Of a stretch of 64,000 bases of DNA, positions 55,189 to 64,000 are shown one piece after another (the first letter of the stretch is position 1; every line of letters starts with the position of its first letter). Made by a program: the position numbers and the translations under genes. The stretch comes from Paragordius varius (taxonomy: Eukaryota > Animalia > Nematomorpha). The notes beneath the pieces were generated by a model that was given only the letters and a program-made list of their open reading frames with translations, had not been told where the DNA came from and did no database searches. The stretch lies in contig OZ176051.1 in the NCBI GenBank assembly GCA_964247055.1, positions 12,338,001 to 12,402,000 of the forward strand. Direction: 5' to 3'.

Positions 55189-55698
55189 CACTTCGATTTA
55201 ATTTGGGCCATCTAAATACCTCAGTCCAAATTAAAGTTAAAATTCTAAAGGAAACAACCTATAAATAAACTAAAATATCTTAATGGAATTTTCTTTTGTA
55301 AAAAAAGTTCCTTGTCAAACTAATTCGACGCCATTTTTTTGCAAAATTTTGCAAAATATCGTGTTTAATTATTTTTCAAGGTATAATTAAAGATAATTTT
55401 TTATTAAAATCACATTTAACCTTGATATAAATAGAAAAAGTGGTTTATTTTGTTTTATTTTTTAATTTAGCCAATGCAAACATGTCACGTTGACTAAATT
55501 TTTACCTTTGGGTTTTACATAGGATGGTAATATATCAAGTATTTTTTAAAAAAGTTTTTTATATATTCCGGTTTATTAATGTTATATAAGTGCAAATTTT
55601 TGCGATGGTTTATATTGCTTGCATAATTTTTAAACAGGGCTGGGGTATCCAACTACCCCAATTCGAATCAAAGGACTAAAATGAAATGTACCCAAGTG
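55189..55698 (+). mobile_element. piggyBac-type MITE, copy 3 (more diverged)
   Basis: TTAA|CACTTCGATTTAA…GTACCCAAGTG|TTAA; collinear with 13996-14571. Confidence 0.8.
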
Positions 55699-55869
55699 TT
55701 AAACGAAAAAATTTTCTTATAACATATGTTGTGCTTTAAAGAATGTTATTATATACCATAAACGGAGCCATTCATATAAATATATAGCATATAGCTGAAA
55801 AACTTTATTTCCCTTTAATATTTAATTACACACAAGGATATTTACAAAATTATGCCTATAAGTCAACCC

Positions 55870-56840
55870 ATATCCGCAACAACAAAGGGCTGTCGTCGAT
55901 GCATTACACTGGTGTGAGACGTTTTGTGTAAACATTAGCCATGGTCTACTCCATCCTTTCTTGATACACTTTGATGAAACTCAATAACTTTACGTAGTGG
56001 GATCAGTTTCTATATAATAAATTAAAAATAAACCTGTAATTTTTCATATGTTTATTTTAAGAGTTCATGGAAATTATAATAGGATACTTTAATTTCTATT
56101 TAAACGCATTTTGTACAGTTTTTCCAAACATTTTATTCCTGTATCCAACCAGTTTGAATATGTAAAATTAACCAAAATTATCAAATAAACAGATCCAAGG
56201 TTTCAATTACATATAAAACCTAAATTATATACATAAAATACCAAAATATTTCTCCAAGTTTTTGTATGTCAAGTGTGCCCTATCCCACACTTGCACTATC
56301 TTCCAGTTTTTCTTAATCATATGATTTTTTATCACCTTCTGTTCAAGTTTTCTTGCTTGACTTAAGTGCCCTAATGTAAATTTTTTTATCATATGAAAGC
56401 AAGCTATGACTTGAAATGCTTGCAAGTCAAGTCAAAAAAATTTTTTTACCACCCCACCCTTTGTATTCTTGTTACCCGACACATCATTCTTAGCATTTTC
56501 ATTTCCGTAACGCTAAAATGTCTTTCTTCGTATTTTTGTTGCCCACTTGTAGGTCGAACAACTGAACTGCATATCTTACCTTTCACGCTAACAACAACAT
56601 TTCGATCACATAACACTCTGAAATTTTCTTCCAATTTACCCAACTGGTCTCAATTCTAAAATTATCGTCGTCATCTATGTATCTGAACTTAACATTGCTC
56701 CCAAATATTTGCACCTTTCTTTACCCTTTAAAACTCGATCCGCATCATTTCATGTTGTTGACCTCCAAAGGTAAATCTAGGTATTCTTTGTTTAATTTCA
56801 GACCGTATGTTTACCGTTTGCTTTAACTTGCAGTGAATCA
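55870..56840 (-). mobile_element. RTE LINE 3' relic (fragmented)
   Basis: Minus ORF …FRVLCDRNVVVSVKGKICSSVVRPT…VTEMKMLRMMCRVTR, typical of RTE C-termini. A probable 3' end with a (GTT)n-like tract lies near 55880. Confidence 0.7.
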
Positions 56841-58364
56841 GACAAATATTTGAAATACCAACCTGCTATAGATATAGAATTGTATATAAGCTTTTATAGC
56901 TACATAAGGTAAAAAAATTAAAAGATGTAAAATTAAAAATGATTTTTAAATCATAAGCCCCCAAAATGCTATAAATACAATCATATAAAAGCAAATAATG
57001 GTTAAAATTTTAAATTGAATAAGGAAAATTTAAATAAAATGTGTTTTTGATTGGATGGTTACTGTTACATTGATATTTTTTCCATAAATAATGCTTTATA
57101 TTATATTTTAGCCAATCACCTAATGAAAAAAACTTTAAAAATTCTTGATATTTAATTTTAAATTAATATTTATGATTTCTTACAACACAAATATTTTTTT
57201 TTTGAAAGCTAAATATGAAAAGCATTAATCTTTAATTGCTAAAATTAATGAGCTTATTAGTTAATGCGTCTGGCCTTTTGTAATATGCTCATCATAGGAT
57301 AGGTTTTTCATTTTAACATTTATTGATCTTCACAAATAACATTGATATGGGTTAAACAATTTAATACACATAATAATCTTTTTGCAATATAAAATATATA
57401 TTTGATAATTAATTTATATTGGGTTTCTAATAATAACTTACAAAAAAATCTAAATAATAATCACTAGGAACACTGATCTTTTCGAAAGAGTTTAGATATA
57501 TAATAATAAATTTTAAAATAATGCAATATCTCTATATATTTTATATTTAGATATATATATATATATATATACAAGACAAAAATCAATGTACAGATTGCGC
57601 GATAAAGTTTCAATTATGCTAGATCATAACATCTAGAAATATTTATGAAGAATGCGTATTTCGTTATAATTATATTTTTTAAAATTTTTGCTATTTTAGT
57701 GTACTTTAATCATAGTAATTCTTTTTCTATATAATTGGATGATGCCAATTCTTTCATTTTAGAATTTTGATCAAATTTGATAGTCCTGATATTAAAGCGG
57801 GAGTAAAATATCTTTTTTTCCAAAAAAATGCTTTAATGCTGAACATGAAAAGTCTTTTAATCACGTTGTCAGCCTCGAATTAGAAAGAATAAAAGTTCTA
57901 TGTTGCGAAATTCCATAAAATAGGATTAATCAAAATTTTGCTAAAAATTAAAATATTAAAAATATTTTTAGGTCATTATAGAGCATTTAATTAAAATTAA
58001 CATCTAGGCATTTTTACATTTTTATAGCCCATTTATGAGGAAGCCTATTTACTTGAGGGGGCCCATATCTAAAAGTTACTATATAAACAGTTGTTTTGCT
58101 TTTAAACATTGATTGGATATTTTGAAAATCGTGGTTCTTCCACAAAAGTGATAATAACTTTTTAAATGACTCACACGCACCGAAATCAACAGCACCATAA
58201 AAACTCTCATAGATTTTTTCAGCATACATATTTAATTAAAATATATTTTTGTACAAACTAGGGAAATTATCTTATTTGTTTATATTTATTAGGTTAATAT
58301 TTATTATAGAAATATTTATGGGCTGGAGTTTAGTGCATGTTTCTTTATATTTATTATCGTATTA

Positions 58365-61300
58365 CAGTATGCATTCTAATGTATTTTCAGTAATTTTATT
58401 GCCAGTCCAATAACATAAATAGTTTATCCAATGCGTAAAATACTGACCCCCGAAATTATTTCGTAGTACACATATGAAAGAGGGTGAGAATTAACATAGG
58501 CTTTAGTTTGATGGATATTTTGTAATCTTAAATTTTGAGAATATTATGGCAATTTATGTTAACATATGTAATATTGTTGTTACGTATTTAGATGCGGAAT
58601 TTTGTGGGTTTTTATCTTTGATAAATTAATAAATAGTAAAATACGTATTTTAAGATTTTTTATGTTAATTCCTAAATTTAATAATAAATATTTTCAACAT
58701 GCTAAATACCTGTATTAATCAATCTTGGTATTATAATTTTATATAGTTGTTATTATTAATTAAAAACCACAGGTAAATATATATTCGTGAAAATTTATGT
58801 AGTTTTTAGAATTTGTCTTTTATGTTTTGCATTGTTAATTATTAAAAATTTTTAAGTATTTCAAACATTTAATCAGGTAAAAATTGCGGTTTTTAACAAA
58901 TTTATTAAAAATTTAGTTTTTTTTGTTTTTTAGGCTTTGTATTGTCAATTGTAATTAATTACTACATATTTTGGACATTATAATAAATACAGGTAAAAAT
59001 TGCGGTTTTTAACAAATTTAGTAAAAATTTATTTTTTTTGTTTTTTAGGTTTTGCACTGTTAATTGTAATTAATTACTACATATTTTGGACATTATAATA
59101 AATACAGGTAAAAATTGCGGTTTTTAACAAATTTAGTAAAAATTTTGTTTTTTAGGTTTTGCATTTTTAATTGTAATTAATTACTACATATTATGGACAT
59201 TATAATAAAAATACAGGTAAAAATTGCGGTTTTTAATAAATTTAGTAAAAAATTAGTTTTTTTTGTTTTATAGGATATTCATTGTTCATTGTAATTAATT
59301 AATTTTGGACATTTAAATTAATAGAGGTAAGAAATGAGGTTGTTTTTATATTTAGTAATTTTCTTGTTTTTTTATTTAATATTGTTAATTGTAATTAATT
59401 ACTACATATTTGGCAATTTTAATAAATACAGGTGAAAATGGGGTTTTTAACAAATTTCAAATGTAACATTTTTTGATATTTTGGACATTTAAAAACTGGT
59501 GTAAATTGCGGTTTTTAATAGTCAAATTTTAAATTTTTTGTTTAACCTTGCTGATTTATTTATCACTATATATTTGTGATACATTGATATATACAGGTAA
59601 AAATTACTATGCGGTTTTTTAAATTTTTTAAAATATTATTTTTTTTGTTTTACATTGATTCTGAGCAGGTAAAAATGCATGTTACTGTTTTATGTTTGAC
59701 ATTTTATTTTCCAAATCAACTATTTATATTTTAACAAACACCACTAAAGATTGAAAATAAGATCAAGATATATAAAACATCTTTTCAAGTATCTGAATAT
59801 AGCCAAATATAAATAAATTTATTTAAATTATAAATGAAACAAAATATTTATAATATTATGTTTGAAATTAACAATATTCTTATTGAAATTAATACAGGTA
59901 ATTTGTTTCTAATTTTGATATACGATGCGGTGTGCGTTCATGATGATCATATCTTAGATTGAAGAATATCATGAGATGCCAAAAAATAATTAAATGCAGA
60001 TATTCCTGAAATTTCAATCACCATTATTTTCTGGGTAAATTATATCAAGTAAAATATAAGATAGAAAGGTAATTATTAATATATTAGAAAATTGATACCT
60101 GGATTCTAGAAGTATTTTCAACATAATTTTAAATATTGGGGGCTAAAACATTTAAAGTTTGAAAGGGAACTAAATAAGGTTGACTTGGCTTTTTAACAAC
60201 TAAATTTGCAAAAAAAATTTCTTCATGATAAAAAATTCAAAAATCATACTTTATGTTTTTGTGTTTTCGTTCTACTATCCTAAACTATAAAAATCTATTC
60301 TTCACTAAAGCAAACAATGTTAGTGTTGCTTGCTTAGTTTTCGGAGTGCTGTTGCATTCAAAGCTTTTGAAAAAAAATTGTTTCTATTTTCTACGTCATT
60401 GGTGAAATCGTATAAGCTTTTTTATATTTATAGTTTAGGATGGGAGAACGAAAACGCGAAAACATAAAGTATCATTTTTGAATTTTTATCATAAAGAAAT
60501 TTTTTTTGCAAATTGAGTTGTTAAAAAGCCATGTCAACCTTATTTAGTTCCTTTTCAAACTTTGAATGTTTTAGCCCCCAATATTTAAAATTATGTTAAA
60601 AATACTTCTAGAATCCAGGTATCAATTTTCTAATATATTAATAATTACCTTTCTATCTTATATTTTAGTTTATAGAATTTACCCAGAAAATAATGGTGAT
60701 TGAAATTTCAGGATAATCTGCATGTAATTATTTTTTGGTATCTCATGATATTCTTCAATCTAGGATATGATCATCATGAAAGCACACCGCATCGTATATC
60801 AATATTAGAAACAAATTACCTGTATCAATATCAATAAGAAAAATGCCAATTTCAAACATAATAATAAGAATAATATTTTGTATAATTATACATTTATAAT
60901 TTAAATAAATTTATTTATATTTGGCGATATACAGATACTTTAACAGATGTTTTACATATCTTGATCTTATTTTCAATCTTTGGTGACATAAGGTGTTTGT
61001 AAAATTATACATAGATGGATTTAGAAAATAAAATGCCAAACCTAAACCCGTTACATGTATTTTTACCTGTATGCTCAGATATGTTAACTATATTTAATAT
61101 AGTAGTTATCAATGTAAAACAAATAAATAATGTTCCTAAATATTTAAAAAACCGCAAGTGATAGTAATTTTTACCTGTATATATCAATGTATCAAAAATA
61201 TATAGTAATTAATTAATTAGGAGTTTGAACAAAAAATAAATTTAACTAATTTATTAAAAACCGCAATTATTACCTGTATTTATAATAATGTCCAAAATAT

Positions 61301-61878
61301 GTGGTAATTGATTACAATTAACAATATCACAAAAAAACAAAAAAAATTAAATTTGACTAAATTTAAAAACCGAATATTTACCTGATTAAAATGTTTGAAA
61401 TACTTAAAAATTTTCATAATTAACAATGCAAAACATAAAAGACAAAAATTTAAAATCTGCGTAAATTTTCACATATATATATTTACCTGTGTTTTTTTAA
61501 TTAGTAATAACAACTATATAAAATTATAATACCAAGATTGATTAATACAGGTATTTAGCATGTTGAAAATATTTATTATTAAATTTAGGAATTAACATAA
61601 AATATCTTAAAATATTTATTAATGTATCAAAGATAAAAACCCACAAAATTCCGCATCTAAATACGTAACAACAATATTACAAATGTTAACATAAATTGCT
61701 ATAATATTCTTAAAATTTAACATTACAAAATATCCATCAAATTAAAGCCTATGTTAATTCTCACGTCAATCCTCTTTCATGAAATAATTTCGTGGGTCAG
61801 TATTTTACGCATTGGATAAACTATTTATGTTATTCGACTGGCAATAAAATTACTGAACATACATTAAAATGCATACTG
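58365..61878. mobile_element. Giant foldback DNA transposon, copy 2 (3514 bp), spacer inverted relative to copy 1
   Basis: TA|CAGTATGCATT…AATGCATACTG|TA. Arms ~58365-60296 and ~60424-61878; the spacer is the reverse complement of that in copy 1. The left arm has more ~115-bp units than the right. Confidence 0.92.
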
Positions 61879-62981
61879 TATTAGTTGTTGCATCAAATAG
61901 AGGAATATTATATCTTTATGCGATAGGTAAGAAGAAAATACTATGGGATTTATTTTAAATGTTGTTCTATCACTAAAAGAGGGCTTCTATTTTATTATAA
62001 ATCATTTTGCAAAAAGTTATGCGTGCGCTATACTGACCATGCGATTCCATAAAACATTTGAAATAACGACAACCTAAAATTTTATGAAACTTTATAAATT
62101 AATTAATTACATAAGCGGGATAATGAATTATTGATTATATAATGCATTTTAAATGATTAATCAAAAAATGTGGTTCCATTATTTAGGATCCTTGCTCACT
62201 CAGATGAGAGGTGTTTATGCAATTTTCGACGAATATCTTTGTGATTATAAAAATATTTTTAATATAAGGTAAAAAATATAAAGCAAACGGTAATCATCGG
62301 CTTTCTAATGTATCGAGACCTAAAAATTGCCCAAAAAGGCACATAATCATTTTTCAAAAACCATGGAATTAAATATATTTTATCCAACAGTAAAATTTGC
62401 AATTAAATATCGTATAATTTAAAAGATTACTATGTTCATTATGACAACCATATTTTCTATCTTTTTCGTAGCTTGGTATAAAAAATAAGAAAAATTGGAA
62501 TTATATATTTCTAGTTGTAAATTATTTAGTTTATTTACCGTCAAAAACATTAGGTTGATTAGCAGGCTTTGGAGGATATTTTGTAGAAATAATTTTGAGA
62601 AAGTATGTGTTTAAGGATTTTTGATTGGGATAAAAAAATAATCATATTTATTTTTAATTATACAAAATGTATTAAATAGAGATATAGAAAATCATATTTT
62701 TTCCAATTAGAAAAAGCATTTAAGCCATAATAAGGGTCATTATTGTGTTAGGGTTTGGCTATAATTTTTTTATGAAATAGCAAAAACAACGCTGAATAAG
62801 GTGCTAATCAATAAATTTATTAAATTATCCAATTTACAAATCTTTCTTGACCTCTTCTTTTACGTCATTTTATATAATTTCAATCTATTTTTATCCATAT
62901 TTCACATAACATGCCTCCCAAATAATTTTAAATTAAATATGATTAAATTTATAAAAATATAACCAAAAAAAATTAGACACC

Positions 62982-63863
62982 ATGAAAATTTTTCAAATCA
63001 TATACAACAACATCTCAACTATAGGATTTATTATTTTGATCATATATCTTGGTTTTCATTATAATGGAAAACAATGGTGGACATCTAAACCATTTGTGTG
63101 CTACATAATTTTTATAACTTTGCATGTAATCATTTTGGTGACAAATATCTTTGCAAATGCTATCCCAGTTACCATGTTACCATTAATTCGACAGATAATT
63201 CTGGTCCTTATGGCTATACCCAAATTCGTCATAGTAAACGATGTTATGCTCAAATGTATTTCCTTCAAGTCGAAGACATTTAAACGTATGCTAGGTGCTA
63301 TGGCACTGATTCCATTTGCAATAGTTGTGGCCACAATGGCGGCCATATTTATACCAATCCCACATATATTAAATACTAAAAATAAAAGTCCCATTCTTTT
63401 AATACTTATTAGGACTCTATTTCTTACCCGTTTTATATTATGTATCATTTCCGTTATAACGATATTGATGGCAGTAATTCTTTTGTTTAAAAAAAACAAG
63501 GCCTTAAAAAGGGTAGAAAGCATGCCATTAGCTCAAAACATTGTGATGAGATTGGAATCCGTTCCACAAATATACACTAATAATGTTAATGTAGGTCACA
63601 ATCACAGAATCGATAATCGTATATCTGCAATGACGAAAAATAGAATGCAGAGATATCTCAATGCCAAAAGGAATACCACAATTTTGATAGTTTTATCTGT
63701 GGGCTACATAATTAATGCGGTTGTATATCTTTGGCTAATTTTTGCCACTTTCGAGCCTAAAAACATAATTTTATCATTTTTATATAATCTGGATATTTTG
63801 TTTGCTATATTATTGTATCCGCAAAAGGATATTTACGCTAGAAACTTTCAGCGCCAAAGGTGA
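62982..63863 (+). CDS. Intronless 293-aa multi-pass membrane protein, putative 7TM receptor/chemoreceptor
   Basis: Long ORF in AT-rich DNA with about seven hydrophobic segments by eye, almost no N-terminal domain and a ~60-aa polar loop between helices 5 and 6. No DRY or NPxxY motif. A decayed paralog lies at 5.7-6.6 kb. Confidence 0.75.
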   Translation: MKIFQIIYNNISTIGFIILIIYLGFHYNGKQWWTSKPFVCYIIFITLHVIILVTNIFANAIPVTMLPLIRQIILVLMAIPKFVIVNDVMLKCISFKSKTFKRMLGAMALIPFAIVVATMAAIFIPIPHILNTKNKSPILLILIRTLFLTRFILCIISVITILMAVILLFKKNKALKRVESMPLAQNIVMRLESVPQIYTNNVNVGHNHRIDNRISAMTKNRMQRYLNAKRNTTILIVLSVGYIINAVVYLWLIFATFEPKNIILSFLYNLDILFAILLYPQKDIYARNFQRQR

Positions 63864-64000
63864 CAAAAAATACAGAAATATCAACTTACTGTGTACAGAT
63901 ATTTGATTGATTCTTATATGTTCTTATAAAAGATATAGGAATGTTATAGTCAATTTATTATTTTAACCATTTTAATCCGTTTGAAGCATTTTACAGATCC

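Overview
Very AT-rich eukaryotic DNA, most likely from an invertebrate animal, with roughly 40% recognisable transposon-derived sequence. Four host genes can be reconstructed by hand. (1) A synaptobrevin/VAMP R-SNARE with a long N-terminal extension (+, 4 exons, 20069-25464). (2) A FoxC-like forkhead gene with two introns and a ~43-aa insertion in wing 1 (+, 31784-36118). (3) NME6 nucleoside diphosphate kinase (-, 39542-40277), whose first intron appears to be only 23 nt. (4) An intronless 7TM receptor-like gene (+, 62982-63863), with a decayed paralog at ~5.7-6.6 kb. The most striking structures are two almost fully palindromic foldback transposons (47047-52228 and 58365-61878) with TA target duplications, CAGT termini and arms of ~1.5-2 kb. 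Within each copy the two arms share copy-specific variants except in the innermost ~120 bp, which suggests arm-to-arm homogenisation. The 42.9-54.7 kb region is a nested stack: a Harbinger relic interrupted by two hAT (Charlie/Buster) elements and by foldback copy 1, which itself carries a CACT-ended, TTA-duplicating element. Three piggyBac-type MITEs, several hAT and Tc1-type MITEs, two mariner relics and several RTE LINE relics are also present. All alignments and translations were done by eye with no database searches. Termini with TSDs and splice sites were counted on the sequence; the boundaries of degraded relics are approximate.
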